From a virus, in the IMG/VR virus record IMGVR_UViG_3300021963_000060, positions 35,523-99,522 of that record: a stretch of 64,000 bases of DNA. One strand, written 5' to 3'. This document shows positions 19,684 to 29,389 of the stretch, piece by piece. A program made the position numbers and the translations under genes. Below the pieces are notes generated by a model, which was not told the origin of the DNA, made no database searches, and saw only the letters and a list, made by a program, of their open reading frames with translations. The stretch's first letter is position 1. Each line of letters starts with the position of its first letter.

Positions 19684-20351
19684 TCAATACAAGGTGATAA
19701 AAAATCTTTGTGGCAATGTGTAGAATAACCAGGAATGCTTGAGATTAAATTGCGTCCTCTCCTATGTAGTTCTAAAAATTTTCCATGGTCCGCTGAAGGC
19801 TCGAAACCAGTAGAAAAATGTCTATGAACTTCTTGATCTTCTTTTAATGTTTTGAACTTTACGGCAAAAGTATTAGTAGTTGATGGTGTGGGCATCCAAT
19901 GTGAATATTTTGTCCTAAGAACTTTAGTCATGAAGTCTTTATACATCTCCTGATACTTGTCTCCGTGGTCGTACAAGGTCACATAATGAACTGGAAGACT
20001 AAACCCATCAATTAAAACCTTATCCCATTCGGAACGATGTACATAATCATCTTCTAAGAAATAAATGATAGTTTCATCATCAAAATCTTGAGAAAGAATA
20101 TAGTCTAAAGTCTTACAAAAACTAAGACTTTCTTTACCACAGTTGATTGTAATTGAACTCTCATCTTTGAGAAAAGTGTCCTTCTGCTTCCCATAACACT
20201 CATCAAAGATTATCGTATAATTTGTAGTCTTTTGATTTAATGTTTTCTTAAAATTATTAAATACTTTTTCTTTATCCCACCAATCTGGACGATTTGCTCC
20301 AGATAAATTGACTTTGGATGTATAACAATGTCTTAAAAATACTTCAATCAT
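19665..20351 (-). CDS. Putative GT-A fold glycosyltransferase
   Basis: IIYFLEDDYVH (DxD-like), YVTLYDH, IPGYSTH. Confidence 0.6.
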   Translation of the reverse strand: MIEVFLRHCYTSKVNLSGANRPDWWDKEKVFNNFKKTLNQKTTNYTIIFDECYGKQKDTFLKDESSITINCGKESLSFCKTLDYILSQDFDDETIIYFLEDDYVHRSEWDKVLIDGFSLPVHYVTLYDHGDKYQEMYKDFMTKVLRTKYSHWMPTPSTTNTFAVKFKTLKEDQEVHRHFSTGFEPSADHGKFLELHRRGRNLISSIPGYSTHCHKDFLSPCIDWSTYL

Positions 20352-21130
20352 ATATTAAATTTATCATAAAGTTTTACATTTTCTATACCAATTACTTCTT
20401 CTGCTGGAGGAGAAGTTCTTTGAAGTTTTGGACGAATCTGATGCAGATTATTTATTCCCCATGCATAATCCTTATCTTCAGAACAAGTGTTGAATATATT
20501 AGAAAAATCATGAGAATAAGATTCTACTTCTAAAAATTCATAAATTTTTAAAAGTTCTTTTTCTGGATTTTTTGTTAAATCGTTATAGTCAACAAGATGA
20601 ATATTATCTCTATAATTTGTTAATCCATAAACTAAACTTTCATATGGATCCGAAACATAATTTCTCCATAAGCATTCTAAACGATTATCAGTCGTGATCA
20701 TTTTTCCTTCCATTCTCAAATGAGCGTCTACAAAATTATCCTGCTCATTATTTTTTTCTATTAGTAAAATATAAGATGCTAAAACTTCACTAACTCTTCT
20801 ATTTGTTGCAATAATTTTTGGTTTTTGTTTAAGAAATTTTTCAATAGAAGAAATATTCTTACACCAAGCTCTGTGTTTATCAATAACACAGGGTTTTTCT
20901 ATATGATTATAAAAATTTTCAAGAATTGAATTATAAGTGTTATAAACTATATTTTTTTTATCGTAAGTATATTGTAAATCTATTTTAGAAAATCCATCAT
21001 CAATAAAACAGAGTAAATCTGAAAGTGGAGATGTTGGAGTTGTTTGTAATTTTGGATGCTGAGAGAGAATTGATCCAAGTAAAGTAGATCCAGATCTTGG
21101 AAGACCTGAAAGAAAAAATAATGTTTTCAT
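20348..21130 (-). CDS. PAPS-dependent sulfotransferase
   Basis: 5'-PSB motif GLPRSGSTLL..ILSQHP, DK.R.W, 3'-PB-like R..SEVLAS, YNDLTKNP. Confidence 0.85.
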   Translation of the reverse strand: MKTLFFLSGLPRSGSTLLGSILSQHPKLQTTPTSPLSDLLCFIDDGFSKIDLQYTYDKKNIVYNTYNSILENFYNHIEKPCVIDKHRAWCKNISSIEKFLKQKPKIIATNRRVSEVLASYILLIEKNNEQDNFVDAHLRMEGKMITTDNRLECLWRNYVSDPYESLVYGLTNYRDNIHLVDYNDLTKNPEKELLKIYEFLEVESYSHDFSNIFNTCSEDKDYAWGINNLHQIRPKLQRTSPPAEEVIGIENVKLYDKFNI

Positions 21131-21146
21131 AATTAATAGTAATTAT

Positions 21147-22334
21147 TTACGGATAGTTATCCTCATAAGTTATAGACATAATTTGTTGATTTGAGTGTCC
21201 AGCACTGACTCTCTTCCAGTTATTTTTACCAGCAAATGTTGTAACCGGTGTTAAAACATTCACATTAACATCTCTTACTCCTAACTGACCTAGTTGATTT
21301 CCTCCCCAAACCCACAAAGTTCCATCAGTTTTAATTGCTGCAACATGATCAACACCACAAGCAACTTGTTTCCAATTTGAATTGGTTCCTACCCTTAGAG
21401 GATCTACAGCAACTCCTCCTACTTGATTCAGACCTAATTGGCCATTACCATTATATCCCCATGTCCACAGTGTTCCATCAGTTTTAATTGCTGAGGCATG
21501 TAAATAACCCATGGAAACTTGCTTCCAATTGTTTCCCCCAGCAGTTGTTGTAACTGGTGTAGAACGATCTCCAGATCCAGCACCAAATGTTCCTATACCA
21601 CAAGCATAACTAACACCCCAAGTCCATAAAGATCCATCAGTTTTAATTGCAGCACTTCCGTATGATCCTGCGGTAACTTGTACCCAATTATTTCCCCCTG
21701 CAAATGTTGTTACTGGTGTTGATGCATCAATTGCGTTTATATTATTTCCTAATGCCCCATAAGTGTTCAGTCCCCAAGCCCACAACGTTCCATCAGTTTT
21801 GGTAGCAATTGTGTGCTTGAACCCTGCAGATACACTTTTCCAGTTATTTCCTCCAGTAAAAGTAGTAACAGGAGTAGATCTTTGAATTATGGTGTTATCG
21901 CCAAGTTGACCAGCATCATTCTGCCCCCAAGTCCATAAAGATCCATCAGTTTTAATTGCCGCTACATGACCTCTCCCAGAAGAAACTGTTCTCCAGGTTC
22001 TTTCTGTACCAACCTGTGATATTTGCAATAGGTTACCAGCTCCAAGATTTAATCCAAGTTGACCAAAAGAATTATTTCCCCAAACCCATAAAGTTCCATC
22101 TGTTTTTATTGCAGCTGAACTTAAAAGTCCTGGAGAAACTTCTTTCCAACTAGATCCTGCTGGTACAAAATCAGGAACGCTTCTAAATTCAGAAGTAGAC
22201 CCAAATCCAAGTTGAGCATGTGCATTCCTTCCTGCTGCCCATAAACTCCCTTCTCTAAACAAATCGGAAGATACTAAAACATCATCTAGAGAATATACTA
22301 CTCCGTTCTCTGTATAATTGTAAAAAGTAGGCAT
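21147..22334 (-). CDS. RCC1/BLIP-II repeat beta-propeller protein
   Basis: Seven repeats of H..AIKTDG(T/S)LW.WG.N..GQLG. Confidence 0.92.
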   Translation of the reverse strand: MPTFYNYTENGVVYSLDDVLVSSDLFREGSLWAAGRNAHAQLGFGSTSEFRSVPDFVPAGSSWKEVSPGLLSSAAIKTDGTLWVWGNNSFGQLGLNLGAGNLLQISQVGTERTWRTVSSGRGHVAAIKTDGSLWTWGQNDAGQLGDNTIIQRSTPVTTFTGGNNWKSVSAGFKHTIATKTDGTLWAWGLNTYGALGNNINAIDASTPVTTFAGGNNWVQVTAGSYGSAAIKTDGSLWTWGVSYACGIGTFGAGSGDRSTPVTTTAGGNNWKQVSMGYLHASAIKTDGTLWTWGYNGNGQLGLNQVGGVAVDPLRVGTNSNWKQVACGVDHVAAIKTDGTLWVWGGNQLGQLGVRDVNVNVLTPVTTFAGKNNWKRVSAGHSNQQIMSITYEDNYP

Positions 22335-22702
22335 TAGAGTATTTCCCAGGAATTATTATTTGAATAAATCACAGGAGTATTCATTATACTACTCCAATTT
22401 TTAAAATATTTTAATATATCCTTATTTATTTCATCTTGAGTTGAAACCAATTTGAGATATTGTCCGTTCTCATTATTTTCTACAGAGACGAGAACTCCAC
22501 ATTTATCAGGTCTCATTTCTTCAGATATAAGTTCTTGAGCCCATGCACAGAAATATCCTTCACATACTTTGGGTCTTACCTTATGAATACTGCATCCAGA
22601 TTCGCATAAGAACTTACAGGACTTTCCACCACCAAACTCATATCCATAAGCAGAACCTTGTAACCAAGTACAGCAAGCAGTACATTCTCCACATTCCCTC
22701 AT
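22334..22702 (-). CDS. Cys-cluster protein (YkgJ/CxxCxxCC family, Zn or Fe-S)
   Basis: CGECTACC, CKFL..GCSIH..RP.VC..YFC. Confidence 0.8.
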   Translation of the reverse strand: MRECGECTACCTWLQGSAYGYEFGGGKSCKFLCESGCSIHKVRPKVCEGYFCAWAQELISEEMRPDKCGVLVSVENNENGQYLKLVSTQDEINKDILKYFKNWSSIMNTPVIYSNNNSWEIL

Positions 22703-23403
22703 AAGTATTCCACCTCACTAAAGTAATGAGTATAAGGTTCATAATCACTCATACCTTTCTTTAATGGAATGGGATGATTATCGGCAATATAATCATCATC
22801 AGTATATTCCATAAATGATTTTGCCTTCACATTCTTATTGGTTCCAATCCAAAATTCTCTATCAAAACGATAATCGGTATTCAAATAGTTGTGGTCTAAT
22901 GTTTGTATATATGAAGCATTTGCCCACCAGAAGTTCCCACAGTAGCACCCAAGACCTTCATTACTCGTCATAGTCCCATCACCCCATAAGGTTGGTCCTA
23001 GAGGTTTGTAGGTCTGTCCTACACAGTCATAATCATTTAAATATTCAATACATTCTTTCCAGCGATCAATCACAAAGTATTCCATCATCAATCTCCAAGA
23101 ATTTGCAACGAGAGTTTCTTTACTAGTACCCTTCATATGAAAATATAAAATCTTATGTTCTGGATTTTCGTATGCAAAGTTTTTTAATGCTATAAGTGTT
23201 TCTGTTTCTTCTTTCCAATTTGTATTGTAAAAAACCCTTGCTTTTTCTGGTACATTGAATAATTCTTTATCACCATTAACACCAATATGGATATGATCGG
23301 CAGCGTCAACTAATCCAGAACAATATAGTCTATGAATTTGTTGCTGGTAGACAAACGCACTCATTCCAGATTGGAAAGTATGATAAAAAATTGCTATTTT
23401 CAT
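22699..23403 (-). CDS. Glycosyltransferase-like hypothetical protein
   Basis: LYFHMKG, WR..MEYF, GNFWWA motifs common in viral glycan loci. Confidence 0.5.
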   Translation of the reverse strand: MKIAIFYHTFQSGMSAFVYQQQIHRLYCSGLVDAADHIHIGVNGDKELFNVPEKARVFYNTNWKEETETLIALKNFAYENPEHKILYFHMKGTSKETLVANSWRLMMEYFVIDRWKECIEYLNDYDCVGQTYKPLGPTLWGDGTMTSNEGLGCYCGNFWWANASYIQTLDHNYLNTDYRFDREFWIGTNKNVKAKSFMEYTDDDYIADNHPIPLKKGMSDYEPYTHYFSEVEYL

Positions 23404-24167
23404 AATGAGAACCTATCTCCATCCATACCTTTAATTAAATCAAATCCAAGAACTGGAACATTTAAAATTTTATCTCTATCGATAAAATGATAGAAAGAAT
23501 GTTCTATATCAATTCCAGCAGTTAATTGAATTGCTCTTTCCATATACATAAAACTTTTTTGAAGAACATTAAAAATATCATTAAACAAGAATCTATCAAA
23601 AGACCACAGACCAGTTACAATACTTCCTTTACATCCATAAAGAAGTGAGTAAATATTTTCAATATCTTCAAATCTTTCTTCATAATCATAATACTTCATT
23701 ACATATTTGTTTGTTAAAAATTTTGTTTTATAGTCATTAATATCAAAATATTCATTTAATTTATATCTACCACTTAATTTAAATACTCTATTAACATCAC
23801 TAAATGTATTATTTTCTTGCATGTAATCTAAAACTAATTCTAAGCATCTACACTCAAGCATAGACTTTACAAATGTAAATTTATTAGGATCTCTATGTAG
23901 ATTTTCGTATAAAGCTTTGATATAAGGATCATCATAGAATTCTAAAAATAAATCAGATTGTTCTATGAATTTATTTTTATATTCTTCTTTGATAGGTTTT
24001 TCCGAGGCCTCATAGATCAAGATATATGCATCTGGAACTCTATCTTTAATAGATTTTATTGTATCTAATGTTTGTTGATATCTCTCTTCTGCATTAAAAG
24101 CACTTAAATCATCTTCTTTGAAATGATTAACTGCAGATCCAACTAAAAATAAAAACTTATAATTCAT
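23400..24167 (-). CDS. Hypothetical protein (GT-like)
   Basis: ERYQQTLDTIKSI and FKLSGRY motifs; translationally coupled within the island. Confidence 0.5.
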   Translation of the reverse strand: MNYKFLFLVGSAVNHFKEDDLSAFNAEERYQQTLDTIKSIKDRVPDAYILIYEASEKPIKEEYKNKFIEQSDLFLEFYDDPYIKALYENLHRDPNKFTFVKSMLECRCLELVLDYMQENNTFSDVNRVFKLSGRYKLNEYFDINDYKTKFLTNKYVMKYYDYEERFEDIENIYSLLYGCKGSIVTGLWSFDRFLFNDIFNVLQKSFMYMERAIQLTAGIDIEHSFYHFIDRDKILNVPVLGFDLIKGMDGDRFSL

Positions 24168-24837
24168 AAAAACAAGAAGAATGATGTGAAATAATTTTTT
24201 GATTATTTAATATATTATTTACTCTGGTTGTCCAGAGATCTGGAATAGAATCCTTAAACTTACTAATCCTAAACCAGTGATAAGTTGCTGGATATAAAGT
24301 TCCTGTTCCGTATATTCCATATCCAGAGAGTTTATATTCTTCAGGACCATCATAACCAATTGGATACATTAATTGATAAGGCATTCCAATTTGGTCTGCT
24401 CTTAAGGTAAGAAGTTGTGCAGTATCTATTTGAACTCCATTTTGCATAAACCAAGCAAAGTCTGAATTACCTAAAGTATTCCAAGCATCTTTAGTTACAA
24501 TTAAACAAGAAGCAGCAGCATAGATATGATTTCTCATTTGTGTATGAGAAATATTTTGTGCATTACCAACAAAAGATTTATTTTTTACCGCCCAGTCATA
24601 TGCTCTTTCTATCAATTCTTTATTGTGGGGAAGACAATCAATATCTAAAAAACAAGCAACTTCTTCCTTCTCCATAACAGAAGTCATAAATTTCCCATGA
24701 GACGTATAAACATCATCATAATCAGTAAAATCTTGATGATGATAGGTAACATCAATACCTACATGATCACAGACTTTTTTATGATTTTCTATAAGTTGTT
24801 CTGGAAGATTGTTTGTATAAAATGTATGAAATTTCAT
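24157..24837 (-). CDS. Putative GT-A glycosyltransferase
   Basis: CFLDIDC DxD motif. Confidence 0.55.
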   Translation of the reverse strand: MKFHTFYTNNLPEQLIENHKKVCDHVGIDVTYHHQDFTDYDDVYTSHGKFMTSVMEKEEVACFLDIDCLPHNKELIERAYDWAVKNKSFVGNAQNISHTQMRNHIYAAASCLIVTKDAWNTLGNSDFAWFMQNGVQIDTAQLLTLRADQIGMPYQLMYPIGYDGPEEYKLSGYGIYGTGTLYPATYHWFRISKFKDSIPDLWTTRVNNILNNQKIISHHSSCFYEL

Positions 24838-25292
24838 GAATAATCGGTATTAAAACTAATAATAATTCTTTCTTCTGTTTCTTCCTCTGTATAATGAACT
24901 AAATCGCTTGAGAAAATAACTAATAATCCAGGATAAGGTTGAATTGAGGTTTCTGGGAAAATGAGTGGAGTTCTTCCAGAAATATAAAATGCCCCACTTA
25001 TAATACTTTCTTCATGTCTATGTGCTTTAAGTTTATTTCCTGGTTGTGAAATATTAAACCAACTATTAATAAACTTGAGTGGTGGAATATTATATTTCTC
25101 ACAATAGATTATAATATATTCATTGATAATAGTTTTTAATCCTATCAGTTCTGGATACATCAAAACAGGCATTCCATGATTATAAGTAGAAGTGCCTCTT
25201 GTTACTAATCCATGAGAAGCAGTTTCTATTTGTAAAAGTTTTTTCTTTATAGAATTGAGATTGAGAAAAGATAAATTATACTCTTCTATCAT
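24834..25292 (-). CDS. 2OG-Fe(II) oxygenase-like protein
   Basis: SWFN, HRH, ISGAFYI, IFSS.L.H, RIIISFN. Confidence 0.8.
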   Translation of the reverse strand: MIEEYNLSFLNLNSIKKKLLQIETASHGLVTRGTSTYNHGMPVLMYPELIGLKTIINEYIIIYCEKYNIPPLKFINSWFNISQPGNKLKAHRHEESIISGAFYISGRTPLIFPETSIQPYPGLLVIFSSDLVHYTEEETEERIIISFNTDYS

Positions 25293-26625
25293 TCATAAAC
25301 TCCCAAAATTCTTTAGTTGGTTCATCCCAAGTTCTTGGTTTCTTTTGGCGGAATAGATGAACATTATCTCCATACCACATACATTTTCCTGTGGATGATG
25401 TCCAAACATAATATTCCATAATGGGTACAAAGACACAGACTTCTTTTCCCAGTGATGCTGCAACATGAGCAACAAAACTGCAAGAAGTTACAACTAAATC
25501 TAAGTTCTGGATGATGGAAAATGTATCAGCAAACTCTCTATTAGGAACTGATAGTGATTGTTTGATTTCTGGATAATCATTCGCATCTTTATTATCACTA
25601 TGAGTTTGAAGTGAATATAATGAGTATCCTTTATTTCCCAGAACACTCATATAATCTTTTAGTTCTACTGATCGGAAAGAATTTTGCTCAAATCCAGAAC
25701 TGGAAGCCCAAAACATTCCAACCTTATATTCAGTATCTTCTTTCATCCATTCCCATTTTTTATCATAATCAGGAAGTGTTTGAAGATAAGATTCTCTTCC
25801 AATATCTTTCAGTTCTAGATTAAGATAATAAGGAAGTGCAAGACCATATACCCAGCAAGCATCTTTTGGAAACTCTGGTTTATCCCAAATACAAACGGCA
25901 TCATAACCATTGTATTTAAAGAGTTCCACAAGTTCTTTTCGTGTAGAACTCCAAATTGGTTTCATTCCCAAATCTTTAAGATGTTTCATAAACCTGATAT
26001 GAATCACCTCATCACCAGCACCACACTGATTATCGATAATAATCGTTCTTCCTGGAGTGATAGTTCCATCCCACTTCTCAAAATCAGGATGCTTTTGATT
26101 CTTGTATGCTTCTACTTCTCCTGCTTTGAGAAAGTGTTGAAGTCCTGTATGAATATCATCCTTACGGAAATAGTGTCCTGATAGATTATGATATGCTTTT
26201 CTTTCAATCTCTTCTGGTAGATTCTTTTGAATAAGATTGAATAAAAGTTTTTCAGACTTTTCTTTTTGATTCAGTGCAGAATATGCAAAAGTTTCTTCCA
26301 AAAGAAGTTCAGGATCTTGAGGATTTTGTTTTTTCAGTTTTTCAATTTGAGTTATGGATTTCTCTGGATGATTTGACTGATTATAAGCATTAATCAAATT
26401 CATAGAGGTGGTATATTTTTCCTCTTTTGTTTGTGCTAGTTTAAGAGACTTTTCTCCATATTCAATTGCTTTGGAGAAGTTTTTAAGTTCAAAAAATATC
26501 TTTGCTACATCATCATATTGCGAAAATACTTGGGATTGTTTTCCAAAAGCATCAAGAAGTTCAAAAGTTAATTGTTGTTCTTTAAATGAATATAGTGTCT
26601 TTGCAACCAGTTCAAGTGGGTTCAT
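25276..26625 (-). CDS. TPR-containing GT9-like (GT-B) glycosyltransferase
   Basis: TPR-like N-terminus; QCGAGD..HIRF, LDLVVTSCSFVAHVAASLG, WY...LFRQ. Confidence 0.8.
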   Translation of the reverse strand: MNPLELVAKTLYSFKEQQLTFELLDAFGKQSQVFSQYDDVAKIFFELKNFSKAIEYGEKSLKLAQTKEEKYTTSMNLINAYNQSNHPEKSITQIEKLKKQNPQDPELLLEETFAYSALNQKEKSEKLLFNLIQKNLPEEIERKAYHNLSGHYFRKDDIHTGLQHFLKAGEVEAYKNQKHPDFEKWDGTITPGRTIIIDNQCGAGDEVIHIRFMKHLKDLGMKPIWSSTRKELVELFKYNGYDAVCIWDKPEFPKDACWVYGLALPYYLNLELKDIGRESYLQTLPDYDKKWEWMKEDTEYKVGMFWASSSGFEQNSFRSVELKDYMSVLGNKGYSLYSLQTHSDNKDANDYPEIKQSLSVPNREFADTFSIIQNLDLVVTSCSFVAHVAASLGKEVCVFVPIMEYYVWTSSTGKCMWYGDNVHLFRQKKPRTWDEPTKEFWEFMNDRRV

Positions 26626-26658
26626 ATTGAATAATTTATTTTGTAGGTATTTAGATAC

Positions 26659-27849
26659 CTACAAAATGTCTGAGGATTTTATTGCTACTGTATGAGAAGC
26701 TCCACAAGCAAGTTGTTTCCAGTTGGTTCCTCCTGCGAATGTAGTGACTGGAATGGATCTATTGGTTTGTGTATTGTCTCCTAGTTGTCCAATATGATTA
26801 CGACCCCAAGTCCATAAGGTTCCATCAGTTTTGATTGCTAATGTATGTAGACTTCCTGCACTTACTTGTTTCCAGTTAGTTCCTCCTGCGAATGTGGTGA
26901 CTGGAGTGGATCTATCAGTTGTTGTATTGTCTCCTAGTTGTCCACCAATATTATAACCCCAAGTCCATAAGGTTCCATCGGTTTTAATTGCTGCTGTATG
27001 TTCTTGTCCACAAGCAACTTGTTTCCAGTTAGTTCCTCCTGCGAATGTTGTTACTGGAGTGGATCTATCAGTTGCTGCATTGTCTCCTAGTTGTCCACTA
27101 CTATTACGACCCCAAGTCCATAAGGTTCCATCAGTTTTGATTGCTACTGTATCATTTACTCCAGCAAAAACTTGTTTCCAGTTAGTTCCTCCTGCGAATG
27201 TGGTGACTGGAGTGAATCTTTGGGTTGTTGTATTGTCTCCTACTTGCCCACTAAGATTACGACCCCAAGACCATAAAGTTCCATCAGTTTTGATTGCTGC
27301 TGTATGAATTTGACCACAAGCAACTTGTTTCCAGTTGGTTCCTCCTGCGAATATAGTGACTGGAATGGATCTATTGGTTGATGTATTGTCTCCTAGTTGT
27401 CCATAAGCATTACTCCCCCAAGTCCATAAGGTTCCATCAGTTTTGATTGCTAATGTATGTAGAAAACCTGCACTTACTTGTTTCCAGTTAGTTCCTCCTG
27501 CGAATGTGGTGACTGGAGTGAATCTTTGGGTTGTTGTATTGTCTCCTAGTTGTCCACCAATATTATAACCCCAAGTCCATAAGGTTCCATCAGTTTTGAT
27601 TGCTGAAACGTGATTAGCTCCACAACTAACCTGTTTCCAGTTTGCTCCGCCAGATAATGTTGTGACCGGAGTGGATCTATTGATTGTTGTATTCTCTCCT
27701 AGTTGTCCAGAAGAATTATTACCCCATACCCAAAGTTCTGGAGTGATTAATTGATTAGAAATATTGGGATAAACTGAAATTAAATAATCTTTCGATATAA
27801 ATTTATCGCCCAAATCTATCCCATCAGATCCTCTGAAATTTATACTCAT
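26659..27849 (-). CDS. RCC1/BLIP-II repeat beta-propeller protein
   Basis: Seven near-identical 51-aa repeats. Confidence 0.93.
   Translation of the reverse strand: MSINFRGSDGIDLGDKFISKDYLISVYPNISNQLITPELWVWGNNSSGQLGENTTINRSTPVTTLSGGANWKQVSCGANHVSAIKTDGTLWTWGYNIGGQLGDNTTTQRFTPVTTFAGGTNWKQVSAGFLHTLAIKTDGTLWTWGSNAYGQLGDNTSTNRSIPVTIFAGGTNWKQVACGQIHTAAIKTDGTLWSWGRNLSGQVGDNTTTQRFTPVTTFAGGTNWKQVFAGVNDTVAIKTDGTLWTWGRNSSGQLGDNAATDRSTPVTTFAGGTNWKQVACGQEHTAAIKTDGTLWTWGYNIGGQLGDNTTTDRSTPVTTFAGGTNWKQVSAGSLHTLAIKTDGTLWTWGRNHIGQLGDNTQTNRSIPVTTFAGGTNWKQLACGASHTVAIKSSDIL
26680..27735. repeat. Coding tandem repeat, 153-bp unit, ~7 copies
   Basis: TTGTTTCCAG recurs at 26713, 26866 and onward with a 153-bp period and high DNA identity. 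Confidence 0.9.
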
Positions 27850-27899
27850 ATTTTACAGAAAATGTTGGAGATAATAATATTATTTAGAACTAGAATCTA

Positions 27900-28349
27900 T
27901 TAATCTTTTGATTCTAATTTTGTAGATTTTAGTAGTTTAGATAATTCTGCAGTAGAACCTACAAAAAGTGCATTTGTAACATTTGTTGGCCCTTTACTTT
28001 GTTTATTATCATCAATATCCTTAAGTTTTTTCTGAAGATCCATTAACTTATCAGTAGCATCTGCAACATTTTTTATCAATTGTCCAGCAACCTCGTAAGC
28101 TCTGGGCATATCACTTTCTTGTGCTAACTCTAAAATACCATTTATAGCTTCTTGTCCTTTTTCTATAATAGAATATAAATTTCCTCTAGTATATTCATAA
28201 TCTTTTACTATATCATCTTTTATTGATGATTTATTTTCATTTTGATCCGATGGAATTATTTCTACGGAAGATTCTTTGACTTCAACTAATTCAGAAACTT
28301 CGGAATTAGTATTAAAAATATCATCCAATTTTTCATACTTTTTAGTCAT
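27900..28349 (-). CDS. g16: Terminase small subunit gp16
   Basis: DYEYTRGNLY, PRAYEVAGQLIK, NALFVGSTAEL. Confidence 0.95.
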   Translation of the reverse strand: MTKKYEKLDDIFNTNSEVSELVEVKESSVEIIPSDQNENKSSIKDDIVKDYEYTRGNLYSIIEKGQEAINGILELAQESDMPRAYEVAGQLIKNVADATDKLMDLQKKLKDIDDNKQSKGPTNVTNALFVGSTAELSKLLKSTKLESKD

Positions 28350-28354
28350 GATAT

Positions 28355-29356
28355 TTAAAATCCTCCACTAAAACCAAAATCATCTCCCAGTTTTATCTGT
28401 TCGTTATCTTGACTTGTTATTAATTTAACATCAGTTCCAGAAACATGAGTTGATATAATTGTATTATATGAACCTCTCTTAACTAAAAGATCATTTCCAT
28501 CTTTGTCACTTACAAATAAAGTTTCATCATTAATGGTAATATATGAATTTTTTGGAATAGTTGATACATTTGCTACAGTTATTCTTACATCATCAATATC
28601 AATATCTTTAGAAATAGTTGTTACAATATTATTTGTGTAACTCTTGGTAGCAACTGGTTCTGCAGTATAAGTCAAATCTCTAGATGGAGACTTGCTGGAA
28701 TCTCCAGCAACAAATCCAATAGATACTTTTTTGATAATATCTGAAGATGCACCAGATTGAATGGGGCCAAACAGATATGTCTTAGCAGTAAATCTTAAAG
28801 TGTATATAAGTGCTCTTCTTGTAGAATAATCACCTTCATAATCATCCTGCATTGTTATACCCTCTAAAGTTATGGGTATATCTCTTTTTTCACCTATAGT
28901 ATCAACTAAATCAATAGTTAAGTTATAGTTTGGTTGAAAATATGGTAATATTTGCTCTATTATTTGAAGCATATCATCATTTAATTTACACATGATGCTC
29001 AATTCAAAATCCATATTATATGGAACAGGCATATATGCCTTTTTAATATCTTGAGAATCTGTTTTTGATGATATGAGAAAAGTTTGAGTAGTCGTTAACT
29101 TTCTTGTTGAATCATAATTCAATCCAACAAATTCAAAGGACATTCTTGGTAAAGTAACCAAACCAGATTTGTTCAGATCTGGTTGCTGCTCAATTCTAGC
29201 CAAAAACTTCTGGGTAGGACCATACGCAAGAGGAACTTTTAATGAGGAAACTATTTTTCCACTATCATTTTTCTTCTTAATGTATATCTCATTAAAAAGT
29301 GTTCCAAAACCAATTACAGTTTTCCTAAGAATCTCGTGATAAAAATACTCAAACAT
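28355..29356 (-). CDS. g15: Tail sheath stabilizer/terminator gp15
   Basis: YFYHEILRK..FGTLFN, VPLAYGP, LPRMSFE, QIIEQILPYFQP. Confidence 0.95.
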   Translation of the reverse strand: MFEYFYHEILRKTVIGFGTLFNEIYIKKKNDSGKIVSSLKVPLAYGPTQKFLARIEQQPDLNKSGLVTLPRMSFEFVGLNYDSTRKLTTTQTFLISSKTDSQDIKKAYMPVPYNMDFELSIMCKLNDDMLQIIEQILPYFQPNYNLTIDLVDTIGEKRDIPITLEGITMQDDYEGDYSTRRALIYTLRFTAKTYLFGPIQSGASSDIIKKVSIGFVAGDSSKSPSRDLTYTAEPVATKSYTNNIVTTISKDIDIDDVRITVANVSTIPKNSYITINDETLFVSDKDGNDLLVKRGSYNTIISTHVSGTDVKLITSQDNEQIKLGDDFGFSGGF

Positions 29357-29389
29357 TTTAATTTTATTTAATATATTGTATTTAACAAA

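Noticed and set aside
21147-27849. Diversity-generating retroelement acting on the RCC1 genes
   Set aside because: No reverse transcriptase or non-coding template repeat in the window, and differences between repeats are not confined to adenines
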